A stretch of 64,000 nt of DNA. Origin: a virus. Lineage: Duplodnaviria; Caudoviricetes. Of this stretch, positions 10,137-20,024 are shown in pieces (the first letter of the stretch is position 1; each line of letters begins with the position of its first letter). The position numbers and the translations under genes were made by a program. Under the pieces are notes generated by a model that saw only the letters and a program-made list of their open reading frames with translations, ran no database searches and was not told where the DNA came from. The stretch lies in IMG/VR virus record IMGVR_UViG_3300032132_000748; one strand, given 5' to 3'.

Positions 10137-11726
10137 CTATCCAAGTACTGTTTTAGTGTGTTCTTTTCCATCGAAGGTCCATCGAACCGATGAGCGATTA
10201 TTGTTATCGTCATCCTCAAAGGTGTCAATGTGAACGGGTCGCCTCCAAATCTTGAAGAGATTTTCCAGCGTATCCTTACCCTTTGTCGGGTCAAGCTCTA
10301 TCTGCTGGTCTTCGAATACGTGACGCATACGAAGCTCTCCTCTATGGGCGTGGTCCGCATTCTCGACCTGAATAACAGGTTGACCTCCATTAACAAGTAA
10401 CCGCAAGAAGTGATCTTTTACGTCGGTGAAATCCCTGGTGACTTCATCGTAACCGAATCGGTTTGGCTTGTAAGAGAACAACCGCTGCTCACGGCAAAAC
10501 TCTTCAGTCAAATATGTTTCGATAAACGTAACGTCGTTATGGCTTTGCCTGACTTTGAAAAGTTCAGCCTTTCCAAGACCTAATTTACGATCCCAGTTGG
10601 ACTTCTCCTCCATCGAGGTGCAACGCTCATACTCAGGACCAAATTGTCCCTTGTTCCACCGCTCCTCAATATTACGGTATAAAGCAAGACCAAGTCGGTA
10701 AGGGTTGATCGATTGTCCTTGAGCAATAGCCCTTGATTGGCTATCGCAGTAGTCAACAATTTCTGCGTCTGTGGCGAGCCGAGCGTCTGCATCACGACCA
10801 GTCATGAATTTCTGGTGGATAAACGTGGCCCAGCCCTCGTTCATTATCTTTGTCATTCTCTGAGGAGCAAAGTAATAAGCTTCCTCGCGAACCATCGCCA
10901 GAATATCTCGTTTCCATTGTTCATCTGCATGGAATTTTGCATTATTGACCAAGAACCCGAGAATATCTCTATCTGGGTTTACTGGCAACTTCTTGCGCTT
11001 ACTCTTATCATCAGCACGTTTTCTACGCTGAACTTCAAGGAATTCAGGAGTGTTGATGTAGCGATCCATGTAGGAATTAGCTTTAAGGCGTGGTAGCGGT
11101 TTCGCTTCCTCTTCCTCAGTAACCGGATCATCTTGTCGCTTAATGAGCGACATATAGGGATCAATCAAGTTTTCAAGTGACAGACAAACGTCTAACCAGT
11201 TTTCAACCTCCGAAGCCCCATGACGGTTCATAAATCGCTGAACACGACTGGCATTGTTAGCCATTTGATCAAGCATGTAGCGATCTGTAGGCCCGAACCA
11301 AGCGTTATTTCTGAAGAAATCAGCGTGCCCACAAACGTGGATCATAACTAATTTCTGCTCAACAAGAGTGTTAGTGCTCAAAAGATAGGCAATAACAGGA
11401 TTGGTGTTAATAACTAGTTCGTAGATTTTAGCGGCACCGTAGACATATTTACGGTGGAGGCTCTCAAAATCCATTCCGTAGGTCCAGTGGGACATACGAC
11501 GAGGAAAGCCTGTGTAGGCAGCAATACCATTTAGTTCTTTTGGCGTGACCTGTAAGAACTTGATTGGATCGAAGGTAAGACCATAATCCTCTGCAATTCC
11601 AAAAATCTTTTTTGCATGTTTTCTGAGATCAGCAGGCAATTCCCTATTCGGGAAACCCCTAACTGAGTTTTGGTAAACTACGGGCTTTTCATCCGTAGGC
11701 TTTGCTTTTGCTTTATGACCTGCCAT
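10137..11726 (-). CDS. spoVR: SpoVR family protein
   Basis: GFPRRMSHWTYG, KIYELVINTNP, HVCGHADFFRNN, YFAPQRMTKIMNEGWATF, NPYRLG. Confidence 0.95.
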   Translation of the reverse strand: MAGHKAKAKPTDEKPVVYQNSVRGFPNRELPADLRKHAKKIFGIAEDYGLTFDPIKFLQVTPKELNGIAAYTGFPRRMSHWTYGMDFESLHRKYVYGAAKIYELVINTNPVIAYLLSTNTLVEQKLVMIHVCGHADFFRNNAWFGPTDRYMLDQMANNASRVQRFMNRHGASEVENWLDVCLSLENLIDPYMSLIKRQDDPVTEEEEAKPLPRLKANSYMDRYINTPEFLEVQRRKRADDKSKRKKLPVNPDRDILGFLVNNAKFHADEQWKRDILAMVREEAYYFAPQRMTKIMNEGWATFIHQKFMTGRDADARLATDAEIVDYCDSQSRAIAQGQSINPYRLGLALYRNIEERWNKGQFGPEYERCTSMEEKSNWDRKLGLGKAELFKVRQSHNDVTFIETYLTEEFCREQRLFSYKPNRFGYDEVTRDFTDVKDHFLRLLVNGGQPVIQVENADHAHRGELRMRHVFEDQQIELDPTKGKDTLENLFKIWRRPVHIDTFEDDDNNNRSSVRWTFDGKEHTKTVLG

Positions 11727-11766
11727 TGTAATCTCCTCTACGCCAAGTCTGCTAACTTAGGTTATT

Positions 11767-11797
11767 ACCTGTGACCGGGTAAATCCCGGCCACAGGT
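11767..11797. promoter_or_regulatory. Intergenic stem-loop between prkA and spoVR
   Basis: ACCTGTGACCGGG-TAAAT-CCCGGCCACAGGT inverted repeat; no U-tract. Confidence 0.5.
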
Positions 11798-11816
11798 CAG
11801 GGTGTAACGTTAGACG

Positions 11817-13886
11817 TTACTGGTTGGCGGGGTCGCCACGGACAAAGACACTCGCGACGTAGTTAAGCACGTCTCGTGATGACTCGTCGTTGTAGCCATA
11901 GGTATCTATGAGCCGCTGGCGAACAACCTCAATCTGCTTCTGAGTATCAGCGTCAACCACATCGGTCATCAACGTGTTAAGGTTGATCGTGTTTTTGCTG
12001 TCCTCGAAGAGTTTCAGTTCCAAAGCCTTCTGCAAACGCTCGTTGTTCCAGTATTCGAACTTCTTACCGTCAACAGCAAGAGCACCAATGTAGTTCATCA
12101 ACTCGCGGCGGAAATCATCCTTACGGGAGGCAGGAATATCGATTTTCTCTTCGATAGAGCGCATGAGCTGCTCATCCGGCTCTTCTTCCTGGCCCGTGTA
12201 TTTGTTGCGAATACGTTCACGCTGGCAGAACGCCTTAACGTTGTCAACGTAGTTAGCACAAAGTCGCGCAATTGCTTCTTCGTCCGCACAGATAGCACGC
12301 TGAACCTCGTTCTTAACGATATCAGTGTACTCTTCTTCCACATCAGCCAGGAGTGCTTCGTACTTCTGACGCTGATCCTTGTTAACAAGGGCGTGGTTCT
12401 TCAACCCGTCACGAATCTCATTCATAAGAATGAATGCGTTGACGTGACTGTATTTATCAGTCGAAAGCGCGGCTGAAAGCTTGTCCTGAATGAAGCGAGG
12501 GCTAATACCCTCCATACCTTCTCTCAGTTCCTTACCTTCATCTCGAAGCTCTTGAACGTTATCGATGGTGTAACCGGGGAGGGTTTTACCGTCGTAAAGC
12601 TTAAGCTTCTGCATCAACGTGATATTGCTGTCACGGGGATCTTTAAGACGAGTCAAGATTGCCCACATAGCTGCGATTGTTATCGTATGCGGCGCAATGT
12701 GCTTCGGAGGTGCCGAGAAATCTCGCTTGTAGATTCGCTCTTCCTCAGTAAGCTCCAAGTTGTAAGCGATATCAACCTTAATGGTTCTATCCTTGAAAGC
12801 TTCCATCAACTCGTCATTCTGGAGCTTCTTGTATTCCGGGTTGTTCGTGTGACCGAGGATGACTTCGTCAATATCGGTTTGTGCGAACTTACGCGGCTTG
12901 ATTTGCTTTTCCTGCGTAGCAGTGAGCAAGTCATACAAGAAAGCGGTTTCCAGCTTCAGCAACTCGATGAATTCGATCATGCCGCGATTAGCAACGTTGA
13001 ATTCTCCGTCGAAGTTGAATGCACGAGGATCACTGTCCGAACCGTAGATGGCAATCTTACGGTAATTGATATCACCTGTAAGTTCTGTCGCATCCTGGCT
13101 CTTTTCGTCCTTCGGCTGGTAAGTTCCGATACCCATACGGTCTTTTTCGGAGATAATCATCCGCTTAACGCGGAAGTATTTCTGAATGACCGCCTGCCAG
13201 TCGCCGTTTTCTCGCTCTAAGAAGATAGAGAAGTATTTACGACTAGCCGGATCAAGTGTTCCCTTGTGGGCAACAATCGGATAAGCGGTTTTCACTCCAG
13301 CAAAGAGTTCATCAACAAACGCTTGTCGAACCTCTGAGGGAATGAGTTTGAGAGGCTCTTCGTGCATCGGTGAATCGATCCACTCCTCTTCACCCGCAGC
13401 CGCGTCTGGATCCTTAATCTGGAAGGTGAAAAGACGACCAGCATCAGAACGTGAGTAACGCTCCAAGCCTCGCTTCAAAAGACGAGCGATTGTTGACTTT
13501 GCGGAGCCAACAGGTCCGTGCATAAGAAGAATACGGCGCTCAACACCATAACCCTCTGCACCCGCCTTGAGCAACTCAACCAGCTTATTAAGCTCTGAGT
13601 CAATACCGAATACGGCGTCCTTACCATTACCTTCTTCGTCGTCGAAGAATTTCCAGCGACGGAAAGTCTCTCGATGACGCTCGTAGTCCTCGTGCCCGTG
13701 AGACACGATCATATCGTAGAGCCGCTGATAAGCATTTCTTGCGATACCTGGATCACCGCGCAACATATCGAGATACTCGATAAAGGTGCAAACCTGATTC
13801 AGTTCTTTAAACTGCTCGGTCAGCGAAAATTTCTTCATCAAACCTGCGGCTGACCCTACAGATTTGGCTGCTTTCGCTTTAGCCAT
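11817..13886 (-). CDS. prkA: PrkA/YeaG family AAA+ serine protein kinase
   Basis: Walker A GPVGSAKST, DEKSQDATELTG, DPRAFNFDGEFNVANRG, IAPHT, EGMEGISPRFI; ATG 13886 follows AGAGGA. Confidence 0.95.
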   Translation of the reverse strand: MAKAKAAKSVGSAAGLMKKFSLTEQFKELNQVCTFIEYLDMLRGDPGIARNAYQRLYDMIVSHGHEDYERHRETFRRWKFFDDEEGNGKDAVFGIDSELNKLVELLKAGAEGYGVERRILLMHGPVGSAKSTIARLLKRGLERYSRSDAGRLFTFQIKDPDAAAGEEEWIDSPMHEEPLKLIPSEVRQAFVDELFAGVKTAYPIVAHKGTLDPASRKYFSIFLERENGDWQAVIQKYFRVKRMIISEKDRMGIGTYQPKDEKSQDATELTGDINYRKIAIYGSDSDPRAFNFDGEFNVANRGMIEFIELLKLETAFLYDLLTATQEKQIKPRKFAQTDIDEVILGHTNNPEYKKLQNDELMEAFKDRTIKVDIAYNLELTEEERIYKRDFSAPPKHIAPHTITIAAMWAILTRLKDPRDSNITLMQKLKLYDGKTLPGYTIDNVQELRDEGKELREGMEGISPRFIQDKLSAALSTDKYSHVNAFILMNEIRDGLKNHALVNKDQRQKYEALLADVEEEYTDIVKNEVQRAICADEEAIARLCANYVDNVKAFCQRERIRNKYTGQEEEPDEQLMRSIEEKIDIPASRKDDFRRELMNYIGALAVDGKKFEYWNNERLQKALELKLFEDSKNTINLNTLMTDVVDADTQKQIEVVRQRLIDTYGYNDESSRDVLNYVASVFVRGDPANQ

Positions 13887-13899
13887 GGATAGTCCTCTC

Positions 13900-16236
13900 T
13901 TATTCCTCTTCAGTTCTGATAAGGAAAACAACTGCTTCCTTAAGGGATTCTAACGTGTAGCCCAGCGCTAACATGTTATTAACTGTTTTCTCGACAGTTT
14001 TTGCATGATCTGCCGGGACCACCAGTTTCCAATCTTCAGTATCCCACTTGGGAATTGAATTTTGGATTTTTTTCAATTGATCTCGCTGTTCCGTATCACT
14101 GTTTCTGCGTAGCGCATCAAGTAGATCTGAGAATAGCGTTTTGTAGGGAGGAAGCTGGCCCTTACCCAATTTATCTGAGTGTTTAGTTGCCCAAGCACCA
14201 AGCTTGCTAAAGAGAGCTTTACGACGATCCTTGAATTCGGATTTGTCGATACCCATCTTCTCTTCAACAGAGCGCATCAGGAGTTCGTTCGGGGGCTCAT
14301 ACTTTCCAGTTTGAGAGTTTTTAATCTTCTCATTCTGGGTCCAGGCTTTAACGCTATCAATGTAGCGAATAAAGAGTTCCTCGTATTGATCTTCTGAGAT
14401 CAACCCTGCAGCACTTCTTAGGTCTTGACGAAGCATTCTACAGTAGAATTCCTTTACTTCACCTAGGATTTTATCGGGAGCCAAGAAGCCCTTTTCGTAT
14501 TTAGAACCCTCATCGTTACCTTCGTGCAACTTAGTGAATTCATAGATACTCTTGTTTTCAATCACACCTTCGATGGTTTGAAACAAGGCCATAGGCGAAA
14601 GGTAGCGACGACGACGGTTGGTGTTAATAACTATCGTTTCCACGTCTCGATAAGAAGCACCACTTCGACCCTCATAGGAGGCGTCATCTATGCCACCACC
14701 CTGAACTGGAATAATACGATCACGAGTGTTTGCATACTCATTAGCAATATGCTTAAGATCTCGTTCCAGAGCATTACGATTCTTTTGAGACCAGGTGGGC
14801 GGACCACAACCTGTATCGTAGAGGTATGCCTTCTCTGTTCCTGTCAACTTCGATCCCATAGAATCTTCTGAACGCCGCAGACGAGTTAATACTGTCCACA
14901 AAGCAAGTATGCTCTTTGTGTGAGGAGCAATATGCGTCTTCGAGAGAGCTTCTTCAAGAGGAGCAGCTTCGTCGATAGTAATCGCGTGCTCATCCAAAAT
15001 TAACCCACAAGTTTCCTTAACATTACTCCATTGAAGCAAGTAAGGGACTTTAACGTAGACAAACCGACCATTAAACGAAGGCCAATCCGGGTGACGCTTG
15101 AATTTACTCAAGGTCTTTTCATTGTCCGTCGCAAAGATTACGCAATCAAGTTGGGCTGTGAAACCTGGCAGGTTAATTGTGCCCCACTCAGCAGTGTTGA
15201 GGAGGTATTTGTTCTCATCAGGGTGACGTTTAAAGATTTCACCATACTCAACGATGCCTCGGTTGGAATCAACAAGGTCGCCGTAAGGCTGGTGCATTGA
15301 TGCCATAGCAAGAGCGCGAGGAATACGGTAACTCTTCTCTAGTGTTAACTCACGAGAATGGGCGTCACCATTTCGGCAAGGATCAATTGATATAAGACCT
15401 TTACGGAATAACTTAGAGAAGTAAAACCGCTCGATTTGGACGTGACGAATTACCTTAGTCCAATCACCACCATTAGAAACAAGAAGCTGGCGAAAGATTT
15501 CTTTACTCTTTTGGCTCAACTCAGCTTCGTAAAGCGGGTGTGGTTGGGGAACTTTCAAAGCCCGGAGAAGCTTGGCACGCTCAGGAATAGGAATAAGCAG
15601 TAGAGGATTATCTTTCATGCTTGAAGGCAGCTTGAAAGTAACGTCCTCGGGATCTGTATGAGCAAGGGTATCGCTGTTGTAATCCTCGTTCTTACCTTGT
15701 CCCTTTGCAAAACCTAAAGCTTTTTCTTTCTCACCTACGTCGGAGAAAAGCCAGTTGAACGTATAAACGGCACCTTGGGGAAGTTTTGAGTATTCCTCTA
15801 CTGCCAACATGATGGAAGCGTTTAGGGAAGTCTTAGCCGAACCATTAGGTCCGTGCAAAAGAATGATTTTGTTTACACGGTTCTTAGCGAAAGAAGAAAC
15901 GTAGTTGTAAATCTGGTTTTGAGCAAACTCTTGACCGAAAACAGGGAAGAAACGATCAAAGATAGACCATCTTCTTACCATCTCTCCGGTTATTGCTCTT
16001 ACTTCATAATGACCAAAGTGATCAAAAACGTCCTTAAGGTATTGTGCCGAGCTTCGGCAATACTTCTCTGGCTCAGCTTTAACTGAGGCAATAAATTCTT
16101 GAAACGATTTAATCGTTTGATTTGTTTCAAAGCGATTCTTAATCGCGACAGAAACATTCTCCAAAACCCAATCTTCGGGCTCCGTTTGGATTTCAAAATC
16201 GTCGGCTGCTGTTGGTTTTTGACGCCTTGCCATCAC
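13900..16236 (-). CDS. prkA: Second, divergent PrkA-family AAA+ protein
   Basis: Walker A GPNGSAKTS, GDLVDSNRGIVEY, VKVPYLL, HIAPHT, YEGRSGASYRD. Confidence 0.85.
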   Translation of the reverse strand: MMARRQKPTAADDFEIQTEPEDWVLENVSVAIKNRFETNQTIKSFQEFIASVKAEPEKYCRSSAQYLKDVFDHFGHYEVRAITGEMVRRWSIFDRFFPVFGQEFAQNQIYNYVSSFAKNRVNKIILLHGPNGSAKTSLNASIMLAVEEYSKLPQGAVYTFNWLFSDVGEKEKALGFAKGQGKNEDYNSDTLAHTDPEDVTFKLPSSMKDNPLLLIPIPERAKLLRALKVPQPHPLYEAELSQKSKEIFRQLLVSNGGDWTKVIRHVQIERFYFSKLFRKGLISIDPCRNGDAHSRELTLEKSYRIPRALAMASMHQPYGDLVDSNRGIVEYGEIFKRHPDENKYLLNTAEWGTINLPGFTAQLDCVIFATDNEKTLSKFKRHPDWPSFNGRFVYVKVPYLLQWSNVKETCGLILDEHAITIDEAAPLEEALSKTHIAPHTKSILALWTVLTRLRRSEDSMGSKLTGTEKAYLYDTGCGPPTWSQKNRNALERDLKHIANEYANTRDRIIPVQGGGIDDASYEGRSGASYRDVETIVINTNRRRRYLSPMALFQTIEGVIENKSIYEFTKLHEGNDEGSKYEKGFLAPDKILGEVKEFYCRMLRQDLRSAAGLISEDQYEELFIRYIDSVKAWTQNEKIKNSQTGKYEPPNELLMRSVEEKMGIDKSEFKDRRKALFSKLGAWATKHSDKLGKGQLPPYKTLFSDLLDALRRNSDTEQRDQLKKIQNSIPKWDTEDWKLVVPADHAKTVEKTVNNMLALGYTLESLKEAVVFLIRTEEE

Positions 16237-16388
16237 TAGTCCTGTCTGCTTGCTCTCTGGCCTCTGCCAGCTTTTCCCCAGTATACCTGGGGAGCCGCAA
16301 GAGGCAACACTGAAGATTTCCAGTTAATTGGGCTAAATTTTACTCTTAATACAAATTCTGGTAAAATGGTAATGAAGGTCTTAAGATT

Positions 16389-17258
16389 ATGGCTAATAGT
16401 GGCTTTAAGTGTATTTATTTGATTTGTGTTGATCATAACAACGACGTTAACCACGTTATAGGAAGAAATCCGTCTTTAAAGCGCGCGAGAACACTAGCTT
16501 CAAATGCCCGAACTAAATGGCCTGATAAAGATATCTACATTTCTGTAGAAAAGATACTAGAGAATCCGATGATATCGGAAAACGATTCACTTCCTGAACT
16601 ATCCCAACCATATCCTATGGAGGAGGAGGATACAACCTCCGATACAGAGGAGCTACGAAATCCTGAAGCTATTTGTATCTGCGGTAAATTATCGGGGGAA
16701 TGCGTTGGTTTGCTTGATTGTCGATGTAATGCCTTAGCAAAATGCAAGAATCTTGATTTTAATAGAGACAATCCTTTTGATACCAACCCTGGCTGGGGAT
16801 TAAGCAGCGAATTACCTAAAAATATGTACAGAACCTTAATTCGAGTCGAAGGTTTTAGGCGGGGGATCATAGATACAGTTATCCCTGGCTGGGATCCAGA
16901 GCAAACCGTTAGCATTAGCGCAAATGAATTACCATCAGAAGCTTTGGCTAAAATAAAAGAAGGATATAAGTATTTTTACGCTAAGGTAAACTTAGACGCA
17001 GAAAACGTTGATGATCTAGTAATAGAATTTCTTGAGATGGGACCAAAGCAAGCGCCCACAAATGAAGAAGTTTTTGGAGAAGAGTTTGCTCATTTAGACG
17101 ACGAAGACGAAGACATACCTTGGAGTGAGGAAGAAGCTGAAGCTTGGGAAGACGAAGATGATTCCGAGGAATATGAAGACGAAGATGACGATGACTTCGA
17201 TGAAGAAACAGAGAATTTCGTAGAATCAGATGAAGACGAATATGAAGATTCTGAGTAG
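16389..17258 (+). CDS. Hypothetical protein with Cys cluster and acidic C-terminal tail
   Basis: 289-aa ORF; CICGK...C...CRC; last ~60 aa mostly D/E. Confidence 0.7.
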   Translation: MANSGFKCIYLICVDHNNDVNHVIGRNPSLKRARTLASNARTKWPDKDIYISVEKILENPMISENDSLPELSQPYPMEEEDTTSDTEELRNPEAICICGKLSGECVGLLDCRCNALAKCKNLDFNRDNPFDTNPGWGLSSELPKNMYRTLIRVEGFRRGIIDTVIPGWDPEQTVSISANELPSEALAKIKEGYKYFYAKVNLDAENVDDLVIEFLEMGPKQAPTNEEVFGEEFAHLDDEDEDIPWSEEEAEAWEDEDDSEEYEDEDDDDFDEETENFVESDEDEYEDSE

Positions 17259-17260
17259 AT

Positions 17261-17302
17261 AAAAGAAAACCCCCGATCAAATCAATGATCGGAGGCTCTT
17301 TT
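17261..17302. terminator. Probable bidirectional terminator
   Basis: CCGATCA/TGATCGG stem flanked by A and T tracts between convergent genes. Confidence 0.55.
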
Positions 17303-17320
17303 AAAATCCTGACCTACTAC

Positions 17321-18997
17321 TTAAAGCAGCCCAGCGCTAAAATCGCGAACGATCTTAGGAGTGGCGGTATCGAAGCCAACAATATCTAGCATACCCGGAT
17401 CTTTTGGATCGGCAATGCTGAACTTGGTTGGAGTCATAGCAAGAACAACAAGTCTAGCTGGGATGCCAGTCTTATCACGATACCTTTGGAGAGCTTGAAC
17501 TGGGTGTCCAGTCTTCCCTGCGCTATTACCTCTACGGCCCCAATATCCTCCGCCAGGTTTTCCATCGTACCAGGTTTCGTTATCGGTTAGGACAACGAAA
17601 GTATCGATTTCAATACCCCTTTCTGCTGCATATACCATAGGCAACGCGCAGTTAGTAGCACCGAAAGGAATGCCAGACATCTTTTTGATAACAGCACCGA
17701 GACTATCCTTCTTGGACAAGCCAAGATCGACAAAGTCGTGACTGAAACCCATAGCAAGTGACTTACGCTCTGTACGATAAATCGTCATAGCCAAAGCCGC
17801 CGCACCAATCCGAGGAGTGATGCCGGTCATACCTGCTAATTCTGGACCACCCATTGAACCACTAACATCGACGCCCAAAAGGAATCGTTTGTTTGCTGGT
17901 TCAACATTTTCGAATGAAGCGTAGAACGCCTCATCCAAAGAATCCATAATATCTGGAATCACTTCCCAGGTCTTCTTACCCTTAACACCTCGGCCACGAC
18001 CGTAGGTATTGATTGCTACAAGAACATTCAATGGGTGGATACGAGCTTTCTTAAGTGCTTCACGATTAGTTAAGCGCTCTTGAACTAGTTGCAGGTTATC
18101 CCAACCACCTTTCTTTAGAACCCCGTTAGAAGACAAGCTACCGAGGTTTCTAATAAGAGCAGTCATACCCAAAGATGGAAGCATAGCTTCCCATACTTTT
18201 GGAGTACGCAGATTGGTTGGGATGCATTCCCAAGGAAGCTTAAATTCTTCGACTAAGCGAATTACTTCTGCTTCACTGCCTGCACGTTTTGCTCGCTCAA
18301 AGGCCCAGATTTTACGTAGACCTTCTACCTGAGGAACTGTTTCAGGAAGACCCCCTCCTTCGTTACCTTTGATAATCCATCGGTAAATAAGGCTCTTTTC
18401 CTCATCATTAGTTTTAATGTGAGAAAGACGGAAAATATCTCGGTGAGACCATCCATTACGCTGCTGATACTTAGTAACTTGGTGCGCAAGTTCCCTTGGG
18501 CTCTTATCATTGTACCAACGGTTGAAAGCTTTGCTCACAGCTTTGGACCAACCACGAAGGGCTCGAATGTTTGAAGCAAATGCGAATAGATGTGTACCTA
18601 TACGCGCAACTTTTGGCATCTCTTTGAATGCGTAAGACTTAGTCTCTGCATCGCCCATGCTTGCAGCTAAGGCAAGAACGAACAAAGCAGCATCATTCCT
18701 AGGAGCACGACCTCCCTGAGAAATTTTAACAACTTCGTTTACAACACGCTTACCGTCAGCTTTAATGCAAGCTAGAACGTTTGTAGCATTTTCTTTAGTC
18801 AGCTTTGCTTCACCTACATAGTAGGTTCCGCCTTCTGATCCGAGAATCAAGAAGCGATGTAGCTGTGACCATTTATCAACGACAAAAGAGAAACCTCCTG
18901 CGTTGTTCTTTTCCTGGTTTGTACCAAGAATCTTTTCGCTTTGTGGGGTTTTTTCTCCACGACGTGCGCGCGTCTTGATGTGATCTGTGTATTTCAT
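17321..18997 (-). CDS. rsr: Ro60/Rsr TROVE-domain RNA-binding protein
   Basis: NNAGGFSF, RFLILGSEGGTYY, KYQQRNGWSHRD, ALIRNLG, ARIHP, vWA MIDAS DVSGSM, TDNETW, LDIVGFD; ATG 18997 follows GGAGG. Confidence 0.96.
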   Translation of the reverse strand: MKYTDHIKTRARRGEKTPQSEKILGTNQEKNNAGGFSFVVDKWSQLHRFLILGSEGGTYYVGEAKLTKENATNVLACIKADGKRVVNEVVKISQGGRAPRNDAALFVLALAASMGDAETKSYAFKEMPKVARIGTHLFAFASNIRALRGWSKAVSKAFNRWYNDKSPRELAHQVTKYQQRNGWSHRDIFRLSHIKTNDEEKSLIYRWIIKGNEGGGLPETVPQVEGLRKIWAFERAKRAGSEAEVIRLVEEFKLPWECIPTNLRTPKVWEAMLPSLGMTALIRNLGSLSSNGVLKKGGWDNLQLVQERLTNREALKKARIHPLNVLVAINTYGRGRGVKGKKTWEVIPDIMDSLDEAFYASFENVEPANKRFLLGVDVSGSMGGPELAGMTGITPRIGAAALAMTIYRTERKSLAMGFSHDFVDLGLSKKDSLGAVIKKMSGIPFGATNCALPMVYAAERGIEIDTFVVLTDNETWYDGKPGGGYWGRRGNSAGKTGHPVQALQRYRDKTGIPARLVVLAMTPTKFSIADPKDPGMLDIVGFDTATPKIVRDFSAGLL

Positions 18998-19080
18998 GGT
19001 TAAACCTCCATTTAACTTGTATACAACCAAATACGGATGAGAGCCCTCTGGCTGTCAAAAGAAATAAGGTCTTGGGATCT

Positions 19081-19113
19081 CAGGACTTAGGCGGCCTGGC
19101 CTGCCATAAGCCT
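19081..19113 (-). promoter_or_regulatory. Ro60 5'-leader hairpin that duplicates the upstream ncRNA hairpin
   Basis: Minus strand AGGCTTATGGC-AGGCCAG-GCCGCCTAAGTCCTG directly after a TATAAT box. Confidence 0.55.
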
Positions 19114-19176
19114 AATTATAGGGCAAATATAATAAATTCAATGTTTCAGTAATTATTTGGTTATTGATCTGAGTAC

Positions 19177-19213
19177 AAAGAAATAGCCCGGAGCATTAAC
19201 TCCGGGCTATTTC
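19177..19213 (-). terminator. Intrinsic terminator ending the ncRNA
   Basis: Perfect 14-bp stem GAAATAGCCCGGAG/CTCCGGGCTATTTC followed by TTT on the minus strand. Confidence 0.8.
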
Positions 19214-19410
19214 CCAACTAGCGAACGGCCAATGATTTGGCTTTACAGGATATTTGTCAGGGATCGCTCCCCTTCAGTCCCAAGCATACCCCAGGCCACG
19301 AGCCGAGTCAAGGGAGCCGTCAGAATTTTGACAACTAGCCGAGCCAGCAGGACTTATGGCTTGGCCCGCCATAAGTCCCGCAAAACCGACAAATCAGAGG
19401 TTGTTTGCTA
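19214..19410 (-). ncRNA. Structured Ro60-associated ncRNA (candidate Y-like RNA)
   Basis: GC-rich intergenic segment with nested helices UAGCAAAC/GUUCGCUA and AUUUGUCGG/CUGACAAAU, a 14-bp hairpin GCGGGACUUAUGGC/GCCAUAAGUCCUGC, and GCUCCCUU/AAGGGGAGC; has its own terminator; lies next to rsr. Confidence 0.65.
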
Positions 19411-19484
19411 CACCTTATAGATGGGGCCTATTGAGAGGGAATATACAGAATTAATGCAGATGCTTTGGCTAATTTTCTGAAAAG

Positions 19485-20024
19485 ATGTTAAAATCAATAT
19501 TGGAGTTTTCTATGTACGTTGGCAACACTTTGGGTTCTTATGGCGGTTTATCAGATGCGTGGGGTTTTGGTGATACAAAACCCTCAATTGTTGATCCTAA
19601 GCAGTATATACCTCAAAAACATGACATTTTAAATGCTGATCAAGCATCTTTATATCTTAAGAGACCTGGCGATAGAAAGCCTCCTGCAACTAAAAATACT
19701 AAGGGAGGTGTCTATTGGACCAATACTGGTCCACAATTTTCGAATAAAAAAATAAAAATCGGCAAAAAAGCAGAGAAAGTTCCAGCACCTAAAATTAAAT
19801 TTAGACCTAACGTAGAGGTCGTCCGAGATTTACCAAAATTAGATCTCGCCCCTGTCCCCGGACAAACTCCCCCCAAAGAAGCTCCAAAAACAAAAGCCAA
19901 GGCGAAAGCTGCGGCAAAGACAAAACCCCTTGCGGGATTTGCAGATGCCAAGAAAGGCAGTATATTACCTCTCTTAATTCTAGGTTTGGTAATCATGGGA
20001 CTTGTAAGATACAATAAGTCCTAA
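19485..20024 (+). CDS. Lys/Pro-rich protein with C-terminal transmembrane helix
   Basis: Ends ILPLLILGLVIMGLVRYNKS. Confidence 0.65.
   Translation: MLKSILEFSMYVGNTLGSYGGLSDAWGFGDTKPSIVDPKQYIPQKHDILNADQASLYLKRPGDRKPPATKNTKGGVYWTNTGPQFSNKKIKIGKKAEKVPAPKIKFRPNVEVVRDLPKLDLAPVPGQTPPKEAPKTKAKAKAAAKTKPLAGFADAKKGSILPLLILGLVIMGLVRYNKS

Noticed and set aside
12552-16086. Plus-strand ORFs within the prkA genes
   Set aside because: They are antisense to well-supported genes and carry no recognisable motifs.
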